Positions 31,216-41,653 of a DNA stretch of 64,000 nt are shown here, piece after piece (the stretch's first letter is position 1; each line of letters starts with the position of its first letter). This DNA comes from a virus. The position numbers and the translations under genes are program-made. The stretch is taken from the IMG/VR virus record IMGVR_UViG_3300043446_000899, positions 9,159 through 73,158 of that record; one strand, 5' to 3'. Under the pieces are notes generated by a model. The model was given only the letters and a program-made list of their open reading frames with translations. It had not been told where the DNA came from and did no database searches.

Positions 31216-32180
31216 ACAGAAGCTAGTTTTTTAAGTTTTAATTTTTGTTCTAAGGTAATTAATGCATCTTGATTATCTTCATCTGCTAAGAATCTGATTA
31301 AATCATCTTCATCTTTTGCAATTGCATTCTCACCTTCATATACTTTATCATTTGCTTTCACTCTATAAATAGAATGTGAAATTGCTTGTTTTACTAAATC
31401 TTTAATATGGAGTAAGTTTTCACTCATGTCTGCAAATCTGTTAAACACTTCTACAGGATTTAAACCAGCGTGTTTACCATTTTTGAATTCAGTTTGTTTT
31501 AATAGGTTGTCTACCTGGTTGTATACAGCTTCTTCTTTAGAATCTTCACTAACTGGTAAACCTAACAATCTTGCTACCTTACGTTTCTTCTCAGGAGTCA
31601 TTGCATCAAACTTAACAATAGCCTTGTTGATCAATTGTTTCTTCTTGAAGATAACTTGGTTTTCAATCTCATCATCTGCAACATAGAATTGTGTATCTGC
31701 AGGATATTCACCACGCTCCCATGCTTGATAGCTAGAAGCAATTGTTGGATGAACTCTTAACCATGCAAAGGCTAATTCTTGAGATGGATTACTGAAATCA
31801 AAGAAGTTATCACCATCCATTAACTTAACAGCTTGTACATGTAGTACATCATCTGTGCTGGTTGATAATCCATAGTTCCAGAATTGAGAACGAGGACCTA
31901 AATCAATATCACCTAAAGCAGCTTCAAGTTTTGCACGTAATGCAGTTACTCTTTCTATTTCTAGTTCTCTTTCTAAGTTATCAGCAATACGTCTGATATA
32001 AGCAGCATTTGGATCTAATCCTGTTCTGTACTGACCATCAAGTTCTTTATAAGGATACTTGAATACTCCTGTACCAGGAATTCTTGTTAAACCTTTTTGT
32101 GCCAAACCAGCTTGCATTGTTTGCAATTGAGAATTGTTATACTCTTTTTTTAACGTAGAGATTTTTCCTATCTTACCCAT
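31212..32180 (-). CDS. hypothetical head-associated protein (322 aa)
   Basis: First ORF downstream of the MCP gene and its hairpin cluster. Confidence 0.5.
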   Translation of the reverse strand: MGKIGKISTLKKEYNNSQLQTMQAGLAQKGLTRIPGTGVFKYPYKELDGQYRTGLDPNAAYIRRIADNLERELEIERVTALRAKLEAALGDIDLGPRSQFWNYGLSTSTDDVLHVQAVKLMDGDNFFDFSNPSQELAFAWLRVHPTIASSYQAWERGEYPADTQFYVADDEIENQVIFKKKQLINKAIVKFDAMTPEKKRKVARLLGLPVSEDSKEEAVYNQVDNLLKQTEFKNGKHAGLNPVEVFNRFADMSENLLHIKDLVKQAISHSIYRVKANDKVYEGENAIAKDEDDLIRFLADEDNQDALITLEQKLKLKKLASV

Positions 32181-32215
32181 ATGTAGTTGTTTTTATTTGG
32201 TTTATTTGCAGATGG

Positions 32216-32335
32216 TTCCCATTGAAGGGAATGCGATTGGGAATCCCCCAATCCATCCATCTGTGTAGAAGACTCCCCCTCGTTGAAGGAGGGGGGTAAT
32301 TCTTCTTTGTGTAGTTTTAAGGATTTTACCCTTAA
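32216..32335 (-). promoter_or_regulatory. cluster of four GC-rich hairpins in the MCP 3' region (attenuator/terminator/3' stabiliser candidate)
   Basis: Hairpins: TTCCC-attgaa-GGGAA; GATTGGG-aatcc-CCCAATC; CCCCCTC-gttgaag-GAGGGGG; TTAAGG-attttac-CCTTAA. All sit within the 163 nt between the MCP stop and the next start. Confidence 0.4.
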
Positions 32336-32343
32336 AGCCTTTA

Positions 32344-33897
32344 TTAGTATTGAGGAATTTCTTCAATCAAAACTGTACGTGATAAATCTTCAATGAATAC
32401 ATCACAACGATCCTTCATCCAGATTTCGTATCCTGGGAATTTGTTTGCAGAACTCATACCTTGAGACTTAGCAAAACCTAAGTGGTGACGAGTACCATCA
32501 ATATAACCCCAAGTCATAGAAGGTGCACCCTTCATACGTACTTCACGGATGTTGTTAACCATAGAACCATCAGACATTGGAGACACGTCAAATACCATAA
32601 ATACTGGAGTGCTCTTCTTGTTTTGACCAAATTCTAAGTTAGTTTGAGGAAGGTCTAATTCTTTCAAGTGGATTAATTCAACACGACCAGTCTCACGTGT
32701 AACCATTGCATCAAATGCAAAGTTGTAAGTGATGTGTTGTCCTTCTCCTTGCATGTAGCGATTACCAGAATCAGCCATGAAAGTTAAACCAGAATTTAAT
32801 GCATCATTTTTTAAAGCTTGTTGGAACACGTCAAAACCAGCTTCATTAGTGTACATTTTAACTCTACGATCCTTAACGTCCACACGTCTGTAGAATAAGT
32901 CACCAAACACTGAACGGATCAAGTTTGCAGTGAACTCACCACGGTTGTATTGAACTAAGTTACCGTTGTTACGCATTCTGTGGTAAACACCAGCAGATGT
33001 ACGCTTTAATTCTTGCTTAGAACCATTAGTCTTCACGGTACCAGGCTTAGCCCAGATCATACGCTTAACTTTTAATTCTAACATAGACTTACGCATCCAG
33101 AATTCAATAAATGGTTCCCACTTAACATCATTACGAGTTAAAGGTAATTGGTTACGTCTTTGAGGAGCATATACTAAGATATCTAATGGCTTACCAGAAG
33201 CATCACGCATCATCTTGTCATCAGCCCACTCAGTGATTTTGTGCTCATAACCATATGCAGAACCTAATGATTCAAACATTGTGATTTGCTCACCTAAACG
33301 AGGAAGACCTAACAAGTCTTGGTCAAATTCACCAATTGCAGCATCAACTAATTCCAATTCAATACCAACTCTTAAGAAGTTAGGACTAACGAAATCTACA
33401 GTTGGATTGTCTGTAACTAAAGTGAAAGTGTATAAGTAACCCATGTTCCATTGTACTGGATCTTTGATTACATAGAAACGAGGACCATATTGACGAGTAC
33501 CTACAGAAACGATAGCGTTCTTAGAGAACTCATTTGTGTCAATTACTAATTGGAACTCTTGACCATCAATACCTGGCTTCTGTAACTCTAAAGTTGAAGT
33601 AGGGATGTCAATGATCTTAGGGAACTTGTAAGGAACTTGTACTTGCCACTTCCAAGCATCACTGTTATTGTCAATATAGTAAGGAGTGCTCTTGTTAATC
33701 ATGTCCAAGAAGTCATTACTGTAAAGAGAGCTCTGTGTGTACAAGCTTATGATTTTCTTATCATAATCTGCTGGCTCTGTAGAGTGAAAGCTTTCCAAGT
33801 GGTTTGCATCTGTCAATTTACCTACAGCACGCTTGTCCATAGAAGCGACTCTCGCATAGGTAAAACCAGTTAAACCTGGAATTGTTTGAATTGCCAT
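32344..33897 (-). CDS. major capsid protein (candidate, 517 aa)
   Basis: Position immediately after an acidic scaffold-like gene in the TerL-portal-scaffold order. Size typical of an MCP. Followed by a structured RNA region. No motif-level proof. Confidence 0.5.
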   Translation of the reverse strand: MAIQTIPGLTGFTYARVASMDKRAVGKLTDANHLESFHSTEPADYDKKIISLYTQSSLYSNDFLDMINKSTPYYIDNNSDAWKWQVQVPYKFPKIIDIPTSTLELQKPGIDGQEFQLVIDTNEFSKNAIVSVGTRQYGPRFYVIKDPVQWNMGYLYTFTLVTDNPTVDFVSPNFLRVGIELELVDAAIGEFDQDLLGLPRLGEQITMFESLGSAYGYEHKITEWADDKMMRDASGKPLDILVYAPQRRNQLPLTRNDVKWEPFIEFWMRKSMLELKVKRMIWAKPGTVKTNGSKQELKRTSAGVYHRMRNNGNLVQYNRGEFTANLIRSVFGDLFYRRVDVKDRRVKMYTNEAGFDVFQQALKNDALNSGLTFMADSGNRYMQGEGQHITYNFAFDAMVTRETGRVELIHLKELDLPQTNLEFGQNKKSTPVFMVFDVSPMSDGSMVNNIREVRMKGAPSMTWGYIDGTRHHLGFAKSQGMSSANKFPGYEIWMKDRCDVFIEDLSRTVLIEEIPQY

Positions 33898-33933
33898 TTT
33901 GTTATTGTTTTAAATTTTTGTTATAGAAATTGT

Positions 33934-35223
33934 TTATTGAAACCATGAGGTAGGTTTAGCAGATGGTTTAGATTTCACAGCACTTTTACTTACTTGTCTG
34001 GCTACCTCACCAAACAATTCATTTGACTTTTTGGTGACACCAGTCTTTTGAATCGTAGATAAAGTAGGATCTTTTTCTAAGATCTTAAGTAGCAATGCCA
34101 CCTTTACTTTTTTCTCATGATTCTCAGGACGTTTAAGTTCTAGAATAGTACGGTCAAAGTCTGTTAATGTTTCACCAGAATTTGTCTTATACTTATCTGT
34201 AACTAAGAAATCTTGTAGTTCACCAGCTAATTTTGGATTAAGAGGAATACCATCAAACTCTTTAGCTTTTAGCTTCTCCTGTAACACTTGAGTTACATTG
34301 TTAGCATATTGCTGTTTGTATTGAGCTTGTTGTTGCAATTGTGCTTCTCTCTCTTGCTCCATTTGTTGAAGCCTTGCAGCTTCTTTCTTTATTAAGACCT
34401 TGTGATGCTTTGTAGCAACATTCTCAAGATCTCCATAATTCTTAAGTCTTTCAACTTCAGAAGTAATATCTTCATCATCAAAACCTTGATCTGCTAATGC
34501 TTGTTTAATTACAGATACTTGATTTGACTCTTGTGTAAGATCCATATCAGCAAATGACTGAATTTGGTTATATGTACCAAAGTAATCTTTAGGATTTACT
34601 CCTTTTACAAATATGGCATCAAACGCATTACGGTAATCTTCTCCAAATTGACCTAAGAAGTTGTCAACAACTTCAATAGCTCCTTTCTTCTTTTCAGCAT
34701 TAAAACGCTCTAAGAATTGTTCAGGAGTTGTAATTGGTTCTTCATCTTCATCACCCTCAGTGAATACACCAAGTTTGAAAAGATCTTTGGATAAAGATGA
34801 GAATGTTGATTCAGGAGCTTCATCTCCGTCATCTTCATCCGCTTCATCTTGTTTACTATCTTGTTTACTAGTTTTTGTAACTTGTTGATTATCAGTATCA
34901 TCTGAATCATCATCATTATCTTCATCATCATCTCCACCTAATAAAAAGTCTTGTAAAGACTTCTTTTCATCAGGAGCATCATCTGAAGTATCATCACTAG
35001 ATTTTGCTGCAGGATCTGCTTTCTTAGCAGGTACAGAAGTAGTTTTTTTCTCAGGAGCAGGAGCTGGAGGAGTGTCATTAATATCCTGAATGTCATCAGG
35101 ATTAGATGTAGCACTATCAGGGCCCATTAAATCGTTTAACAATTCAGCGTTGCCCATTCCCATTTCCATTGTATCTTGGATACTAAAGTTCCCAAAACCT
35201 GGATTATCTAGATTTTCAGCCAT
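33934..35223 (-). CDS. scaffolding protein (candidate, 429 aa, highly acidic)
   Basis: Long D/E-rich low-complexity region (DDDEDNDDDSDDTDN...). Coiled-coil-like C-terminal half. Located upstream of the MCP. Confidence 0.5.
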   Translation of the reverse strand: MAENLDNPGFGNFSIQDTMEMGMGNAELLNDLMGPDSATSNPDDIQDINDTPPAPAPEKKTTSVPAKKADPAAKSSDDTSDDAPDEKKSLQDFLLGGDDDEDNDDDSDDTDNQQVTKTSKQDSKQDEADEDDGDEAPESTFSSLSKDLFKLGVFTEGDEDEEPITTPEQFLERFNAEKKKGAIEVVDNFLGQFGEDYRNAFDAIFVKGVNPKDYFGTYNQIQSFADMDLTQESNQVSVIKQALADQGFDDEDITSEVERLKNYGDLENVATKHHKVLIKKEAARLQQMEQEREAQLQQQAQYKQQYANNVTQVLQEKLKAKEFDGIPLNPKLAGELQDFLVTDKYKTNSGETLTDFDRTILELKRPENHEKKVKVALLLKILEKDPTLSTIQKTGVTKKSNELFGEVARQVSKSAVKSKPSAKPTSWFQ

Positions 35224-35343
35224 ATGTAGTTGAGTTTTAATTGGTTTTGTAATGTAAAAGTATATTATCCTAAATTAATATCAAAGAGATAGTGCTCCAT
35301 ATGGATCATTATTTATGATAATATAGCATTAATATTTTTTACT

Positions 35344-35874
35344 CTAATCTAATTTGTTAAGAAAAGAGTCGTTTATAAATCTAAAGCTTCTAATTGGAGC
35401 AAGGTCAGTGAGCGTAACTTGTTGAACCTCAACCCCCCACTTCCTAGCTTCTACCCTTACTTTCTTAGTAAGAGTGTTGTCTAATTCTGAATCTGTACAT
35501 TCTTCTAACGTCATAGACATAATTACATTCTTAATGATGCTTTGAGACATATCTGACAAAGCGTCTTGTGCATCATATACTTCCAGTAAGAATGTCTTAA
35601 CATCTGATATCTTATACTTGATCACTCCTTTTACAACTATGTTCTGCTTATCCTTAGTATATAAAGATTGAGCATCTAAACTTAATGTTGTAACAACTAC
35701 GTGTTGATCTATAACTTCATCAATCAGAGGTATTTTAAAATGCATACCTGCAAGTAGCACTTTGTTAAATATTCCAAATCTTAAAAGTACAGCTTCTTCG
35801 TAATCTCTGATAATAATCACTGGGGTTATTTGTAACCACCAGTGACTTATTATATCAATCAGTTTATCAAACAT
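35344..35874 (-). CDS. SPFH/band-7 (stomatin/prohibitin-like) domain protein (176 aa)
   Basis: EEAVLLRFGIF...AGMHFKIPLIDEV...TKDKQNIVVKGVIKYKISD aligns with the stomatin core (E.AV.FRLGR...G.HF..P.ID...TKD...Y.I.D). Confidence 0.6.
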   Translation of the reverse strand: MFDKLIDIISHWWLQITPVIIIRDYEEAVLLRFGIFNKVLLAGMHFKIPLIDEVIDQHVVVTTLSLDAQSLYTKDKQNIVVKGVIKYKISDVKTFLLEVYDAQDALSDMSQSIIKNVIMSMTLEECTDSELDNTLTKKVRVEARKWGVEVQQVTLTDLAPIRSFRFINDSFLNKLD

Positions 35875-35876
35875 AG

Positions 35877-38459
35877 TTATTTGGTTTTCTTACTAGCTCT
35901 GTTCTTAGCGTTCATTTGTGCAATCTTCAAATCATTAACTTGATTCTCTCTAGCCACTTTTAATTTTTCTTTTTCTACGGCTATCTTTTGAGCAGCTAAT
36001 GAGCTTTTAGATTGAATATCAGCCATTTTTAATTGATAGTCATTTGCAGCTTTTGATTGTTCATGAGATAACTTATCAATCTCTAATGCATCAGGAATGT
36101 TATTCATATCTGCATCTGGTAATCCACCTTTAGCCTCAGCTGCAATGATTGCAATTTCTTTCTTATTAATTCTATCCAACTCATTTTGGTAATCCTGATG
36201 AGCAAGCTCTTGTTCATGTTGTTGTTGAGCGGCAGCAATTTGTTGGTCAGCAATTTGTTTTTGTTGCTCCATTTGTTGCTGTTGTTGTTGCATTTGTTGA
36301 TCCTGAAGTTGCTCTTGACGGTCTTTAAGAGTCTTGAACACCTTCTTCATCTGACGGATAGAGTTAGTGCTGTAAAGCTCAATGATATCGTGCAATGATC
36401 CACCATTTTGTAGAACAGCTTGAGACAATCCACGAATTTCTTGGAACATCTTCTGATCTTCAGGTCTGTTAGTTAAATATACTTTTAAGTCACGGAACTT
36501 AAGATCATTACCATTAACCTGTACAAATGCAGACTCTCCTTCATTAGTAATGTAAGAGATTGTTGACTCAGGCTTTTTAGATTCTACATATAATGATGCA
36601 TCAATGATTGCTTGGTACAACTGACCTAATACATACTCATGTGCAACAAAGATGGGTTCTGTTTGAGAGTATGATTGTGTAATAGCTGTGTTTGTACCTG
36701 TAGCAGATTCACTAGCTGACACAGATCCTAAACGCTGCTTTGACATACCAATCAATTCCCAACACTCATTCTTCAATTGTTGTGCCAAAGTATATCTTGA
36801 CTGAATCTCTTGTGTACGTGTGAGGTCAATATCACGGAACTGGTTAAATGATGATGGGCTCTTCAAGTTTTCAGGGCTGTCATCAATAAACATTACACCA
36901 CGGTTACGTGCTTCCATTTCCCAAATATCCAATGCATCTTGAGCATCACCATCTTTAGGAATAGGAATATGTCTAATAGATGTTAAATACACCTTACCCA
37001 CTTCTTTCTCTAATAGCTTGTATAACTGATTCATACAAACGTTGTAAAGAACTTGGAACGGTTTCATCATGTCTACTAAGCTCTTAGCTTCTGTATTTTT
37101 GATTTCATGAACCAATCCAATGATAGGGCAATAAGGTAATAACTTAAATGGTTTAATGTGATAGATGTCTGGACCAATCTTAATACCCTGATACCATTGG
37201 TTAATCCAACCCCACTCTAATGAAATCTCTGTAGGAATAGTACCAGATTTATAAGTCTCATCTACAAGCATAGATTGTTCATTACCTAACTCATCTGTAT
37301 AGATAAGCTTACCAATCTTCTTCTTAGAAATCCAGTATGTACGTACAACAACATACTTATATCCAAATGAGCTTACATTAGAGGTAAGTCCTAAGAAGTC
37401 TTTCAAGCCATCATTGTTCTCTTTCATCTCAGACTCAATAACCATTCTAGTCTGAAGAACTAATGGGTCATATGTATCATATTGTACAGAGTCTTGACCT
37501 GGAATAGCATTAGGATTACCAAGGTTAGATTCACGTACGTTGATCAAACCATAATCCTGTAATGAACTACGTAAGTGATCAATTTCTTCTTTGGTTAAGT
37601 CTGGGATAGATTCAATAATCTCTGACAATTCCATAACTTGTACAGTACCAGCAGCATATGCTCCTTGTGCTCTACCTGTAGGATCTGAAATATACTTTCT
37701 ATCTGGTGTAGTTAAGAAGTAAGTGTTTTTAGGGTTAGCCACCTCTACATTAAATCCCACCTTAGAGTTATCTTCATATACATGATAGAACTCTCTAGAT
37801 GAAATTAATAAATCTCTGAATGCGTCTTCAGATTTCTCTTTAAGAATAAATTCTGCCTTCTGTGCTGTAAGAACGTGGTTAGCCCACTTCTCAGCTACAG
37901 ATGTATAGCTATCAAGTTGATCTTGAACTTGATCCATTGTCATTTGCTGTAAATCTTCATCAGCAATTTCTTCTCCTCTCTCAGCAGCTTGTTGTTGTAT
38001 TTTAGCCTTAGCTTGACTGATTACATATTCTTGTAATATACCAGTTTTAAATTCTAACTCTTCTGCCTTACTATCATCATCAAAAGCTTTCACACGGAAA
38101 GCATCTGGTCTTTTAGAAATCTCACCTACAAGTTCATTGATAGGAGTGGTTAAAATAGAATAATGTTTTACATATGCAGGAAGCTGCAAGTCAGCTGTTA
38201 GCATATCTGTAAAACTTCTCACCTCAGGTTCTTGATAGAAATCCTCATGTCTCAAGATACCCTTTACTAAATCATAGTTCTTAACAAACGTGTCACGGTT
38301 CTTTACATACTCAGCATAAGCCTTGTTTGCAAAGTAGTCCATAGTATTCTTTATCCAACTCTCATCCATCTTCTCCTTTTCAGTTTTAAACTGGTCAGGG
38401 AAAATGTTTAAGTAGGCATACCTGATTGTTGCGTCTTTTGTATATCTTATAATTGCCAT
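35877..38459 (-). CDS. portal protein (candidate, 860 aa)
   Basis: Immediately downstream of TerL with a 1-nt overlap. Size and position typical. Gln-rich coiled-coil C-terminus. Confidence 0.5.
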   Translation of the reverse strand: MAIIRYTKDATIRYAYLNIFPDQFKTEKEKMDESWIKNTMDYFANKAYAEYVKNRDTFVKNYDLVKGILRHEDFYQEPEVRSFTDMLTADLQLPAYVKHYSILTTPINELVGEISKRPDAFRVKAFDDDSKAEELEFKTGILQEYVISQAKAKIQQQAAERGEEIADEDLQQMTMDQVQDQLDSYTSVAEKWANHVLTAQKAEFILKEKSEDAFRDLLISSREFYHVYEDNSKVGFNVEVANPKNTYFLTTPDRKYISDPTGRAQGAYAAGTVQVMELSEIIESIPDLTKEEIDHLRSSLQDYGLINVRESNLGNPNAIPGQDSVQYDTYDPLVLQTRMVIESEMKENNDGLKDFLGLTSNVSSFGYKYVVVRTYWISKKKIGKLIYTDELGNEQSMLVDETYKSGTIPTEISLEWGWINQWYQGIKIGPDIYHIKPFKLLPYCPIIGLVHEIKNTEAKSLVDMMKPFQVLYNVCMNQLYKLLEKEVGKVYLTSIRHIPIPKDGDAQDALDIWEMEARNRGVMFIDDSPENLKSPSSFNQFRDIDLTRTQEIQSRYTLAQQLKNECWELIGMSKQRLGSVSASESATGTNTAITQSYSQTEPIFVAHEYVLGQLYQAIIDASLYVESKKPESTISYITNEGESAFVQVNGNDLKFRDLKVYLTNRPEDQKMFQEIRGLSQAVLQNGGSLHDIIELYSTNSIRQMKKVFKTLKDRQEQLQDQQMQQQQQQMEQQKQIADQQIAAAQQQHEQELAHQDYQNELDRINKKEIAIIAAEAKGGLPDADMNNIPDALEIDKLSHEQSKAANDYQLKMADIQSKSSLAAQKIAVEKEKLKVARENQVNDLKIAQMNAKNRASKKTK

Positions 38460-40498
38460 TATGTAAACAATTTATTTCTTTTATATTTATTGTTAGAGGT
38501 TCCAAACATCCCACCTCTTGATTCTGTAAACAGTATGTTTCCTTTCTTCTTACTGAACATTGCCTTCACTCTATCATCAGATGTTCCACCAATCTTACCC
38601 ATAATAGGGTCCATCTTAAGAGCTTGTGCAATAGCTAGCTCAGCAGCAATGATACGGTCAAAGTTACCTTGATCATTGTATTGGATAATCTCTTCAAGCA
38701 ATACAGGATCAAATATCTTACTCACACCTAACACCTCTCTTATAGTATCACCAGCTTCATTAGTTTCTTTGAATATTACAGACTCCATATACTTCTTTAA
38801 GCAGGTATGAAGATACTCAATTATTTTGTCACTTGAACGGTGAATTCCATAATCTCTTTTAACTGTTGTGTTTGGAACAATTTCTTTAAGCCATTCAGGT
38901 TGCTTCTCTAAGTAGTGAGCATCCCCTTTGGCTTTCATATATTCTATGAATGATATATCATCATTCTCACACAGTGTTCTAGCATTATAATACTTAATAA
39001 GCAATCTAGCTTGTTCTTCCCAAGTTTCTTTCTTATCAGGTCTAGCACAATACGAAGCTACGAACATATCCTGATATTTCTCACCACTAATTTCATGCAT
39101 CCTCTTATATATGTATACAGACCCAAGTGAACTTGAATATGCAGACTTACCTTGTCTGTAGGGGTCAACTCCTGCTACATACAATCCATAAGGTGGATTT
39201 TCTACAGGGAATTCATATATAACTACAGGAGCATCCTTTGTATCACTATTCTTAAGAGGGAAGTTAGTGATAGGAAGCTTGTCTGTAAACTCATGTTCTA
39301 CACCACTCTCTCCAGAGAACAATATAACAGGAGTTCCTGTTCTTTCTTGTTGTAACAATCTAGTTTTCTGTCTCTTAGCTGATTCAATATCAAAGATGTT
39401 TGTATCCTCGTTAAGGAATATGTCATCCACTTCCATAGGATAGTACATCTTTTCCTTTAAATATGCTATTCTGTCTCCAGCTTTCTTAAGTCTTTCTAGA
39501 TTAGTTTCTGTAATTTGTCTAGCTCTCTCTTCATCTCCTACCAACATCTCAATGTTGTATAGATCAGATCCAACAGGCTCATCTAAAAATGCACCTAATG
39601 TAGATTTCTCCTTTGCCTCCATTCTATATTTAGCTGGGATGAACAATCCGTGTACACGTTTATCATCTTTGGCATTATTATATGTAAGGAAATTAAAGTT
39701 ATCTACGTCAAACATCAAGGACTTAGCATCCTGAAATTTCTTCATGTCACCACCAGTACCTGTAAGAATTGGAGAACATCCCCAACCATAGGGTGTAGTG
39801 AAACCAGGAATAGCTGCCTGTAAGCCTCTAAGGAAATTACCTTTACCAATCTCATCTATAATTAGTTTACGTGGTTTTGTACCTGCAATTGCCTCTTCAT
39901 TATTACCTTCATCAAGGTTACGTATTAGGATGGAAGAGAATGGGATACGTTCACCAGACTTGGTTTTAATACCTAATGTGACCTGGTTTTTCCAGTTGTC
40001 CTCAATCCTCTGCCATCTCCAATACTCAGGGATAAAGTTTAATCCTTTATCTATTTTATCCGTAATAAGTTTAATATCTGGTGCATTCAAACCAGCAATA
40101 ATGTTCTGGGAGTTCTCATCAAATGTTGCACCCCATGCAATATAGGATGCTTCAAGAACGGACTTAGCAAAACGTCTAATACCTAGAATAACCAAGCCCT
40201 TTTTTTCCTGTTGGGCCCTGTCAATTTCGTTTGTTACCAGCCACTCATTATCTCTCAAAAACGGATTTGCATATTTTTGTGCAATTCTTCCTCTATCATC
40301 AATAACATCCACCTCTGTATGCCAGATGTTTAGGTGCCAATACAAAAAGGGGTTGATATACACACCCCCCATCATAGCACCGTTCAAGCATAACTCTCTA
40401 TGAAAATCATAAAAAGGTTTACATTCAGCAGAGTCCTTATCAGGAAGTCTCTTCTGATTGATGAACCAGTCTTTATAATCTATATTCTGTAGTTGCAT
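38459..40498 (-). CDS. terminase large subunit
   Basis: ATPase Walker A-like LGIRRFAKS, Walker B LIIDEIG, and a C-terminal nuclease-sized domain. 679 aa. Confidence 0.7.
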   Translation of the reverse strand: MQLQNIDYKDWFINQKRLPDKDSAECKPFYDFHRELCLNGAMMGGVYINPFLYWHLNIWHTEVDVIDDRGRIAQKYANPFLRDNEWLVTNEIDRAQQEKKGLVILGIRRFAKSVLEASYIAWGATFDENSQNIIAGLNAPDIKLITDKIDKGLNFIPEYWRWQRIEDNWKNQVTLGIKTKSGERIPFSSILIRNLDEGNNEEAIAGTKPRKLIIDEIGKGNFLRGLQAAIPGFTTPYGWGCSPILTGTGGDMKKFQDAKSLMFDVDNFNFLTYNNAKDDKRVHGLFIPAKYRMEAKEKSTLGAFLDEPVGSDLYNIEMLVGDEERARQITETNLERLKKAGDRIAYLKEKMYYPMEVDDIFLNEDTNIFDIESAKRQKTRLLQQERTGTPVILFSGESGVEHEFTDKLPITNFPLKNSDTKDAPVVIYEFPVENPPYGLYVAGVDPYRQGKSAYSSSLGSVYIYKRMHEISGEKYQDMFVASYCARPDKKETWEEQARLLIKYYNARTLCENDDISFIEYMKAKGDAHYLEKQPEWLKEIVPNTTVKRDYGIHRSSDKIIEYLHTCLKKYMESVIFKETNEAGDTIREVLGVSKIFDPVLLEEIIQYNDQGNFDRIIAAELAIAQALKMDPIMGKIGGTSDDRVKAMFSKKKGNILFTESRGGMFGTSNNKYKRNKLFT

Positions 40499-40830
40499 TA
40501 CTTTCTATTTGCTAAGAATTCAGCAGCTGCTCCAGACAACTCGCCTTTACCTCTCACTTCTACCTTTGCCTCTTCTGCACTTCTTAACTTATCTACCACT
40601 TCTACCAAAGCTAGGTAGTTTTTCATTGTCTCCTGTACAAATTTACCTTGAGCTTCAATACTGGCTATTACCATAGGTAACATTCCGCCTTTAGCTGTAG
40701 GTTTCCACTCAATTCTATCTTTCAATTCATGTAGTGGGTTTGCATCTACATAAGCTTTCCATGAGACAAGCTGTGACTCAGCCCACTCAAGCTCTGTATT
40801 TATATATGTAGTTTTTTTAATAGTCGCCAT
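40498..40830 (-). CDS. hypothetical protein (110 aa); candidate small terminase subunit by position only
   Basis: Directly upstream of TerL with overlapping start/stop. Confidence 0.3.
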   Translation of the reverse strand: MATIKKTTYINTELEWAESQLVSWKAYVDANPLHELKDRIEWKPTAKGGMLPMVIASIEAQGKFVQETMKNYLALVEVVDKLRSAEEAKVEVRGKGELSGAAAEFLANRK

Positions 40831-41101
40831 CTTCTTCTTCCTCTTTTAAAATGTTATCAAGATCCATACCTTCCTTAATGATCTTGTCCAATTCAGACTC
40901 ATCTGTATGTGGGACATCCATTTCTATTTCAGTCCTGTATTTCTCTAATGCAAATACTAACTCTTTATCTGTCATCCCCCAAATGTCTCCATAATCACTA
41001 AGAGCTGTAGATAGGTGTCTTCCTAAATTGTAATTAGGGAAACTCTTATGTAGTTCTTGTAGTATATGAAGAGCTTTATCGTAATGATTTTTCTTACTCA
41101 T
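40817..41101 (-). CDS. hypothetical acidic protein (94 aa)
   Basis: ORF in the operon. Acidic C-terminus. Confidence 0.4.
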   Translation of the reverse strand: MSKKNHYDKALHILQELHKSFPNYNLGRHLSTALSDYGDIWGMTDKELVFALEKYRTEIEMDVPHTDESELDKIIKEGMDLDNILKEEEEDGDY

Positions 41102-41364
41102 ATTAATTGGTTCAAATCTTCGTCAGACAATTTCTTGTTTAACAGCTCATTTATGTCCATTCCTTCCAATGGTACATCTTTAAAGTTTTCTTCAGCTCCA
41201 TCCATCATATAATCAGTGGTGAAAGAGATAGCCATCTTATCTTCAGCACCATCTTGCACTCCTGTAATATCAATATAGTCTACACCTTTGTTATACAACT
41301 CCACTAGAATCTCTATGAAGGTATCAAGGTGAACTTTTCTTATAGTGATGTTATTATTTTCCAT
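41098..41364 (-). CDS. hypothetical protein (88 aa)
   Basis: ORF coupled to its neighbours. Confidence 0.4.
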   Translation of the reverse strand: MENNNITIRKVHLDTFIEILVELYNKGVDYIDITGVQDGAEDKMAISFTTDYMMDGAEENFKDVPLEGMDINELLNKKLSDEDLNQLI

Positions 41365-41653
41365 GAACTTCTTTTTTAAGTGCCTGTTCTTCTTCCTGTG
41401 TAGCTACAACAGCCACCCATTTGTTAAGAGGACACGCACATGAAAGACATTTTGTTTTAGCAGCTAATGTACATCCACAGTTTTTGCAATGAACATCAGG
41501 TCTGACAGTTTCGTGTTTTGTTGATATGAGATCACATTCTTCACATATAGCCATTCTCTCTTCACCTACTTGTCTAATGTAGTCTCTCATGTTCTCAGCT
41601 GGAAATAAGTTGTTTTTCCAACCCTCATAGATTTGTGAGAAGTTAATCTTCAT
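41354..41653 (-). CDS. Cys-rich zinc-ribbon-like protein (99 aa)
   Basis: CEEC...HCKNCGC...CLSCAC cysteine clusters. Confidence 0.45.
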   Translation of the reverse strand: MKINFSQIYEGWKNNLFPAENMRDYIRQVGEERMAICEECDLISTKHETVRPDVHCKNCGCTLAAKTKCLSCACPLNKWVAVVATQEEEQALKKEVHGK

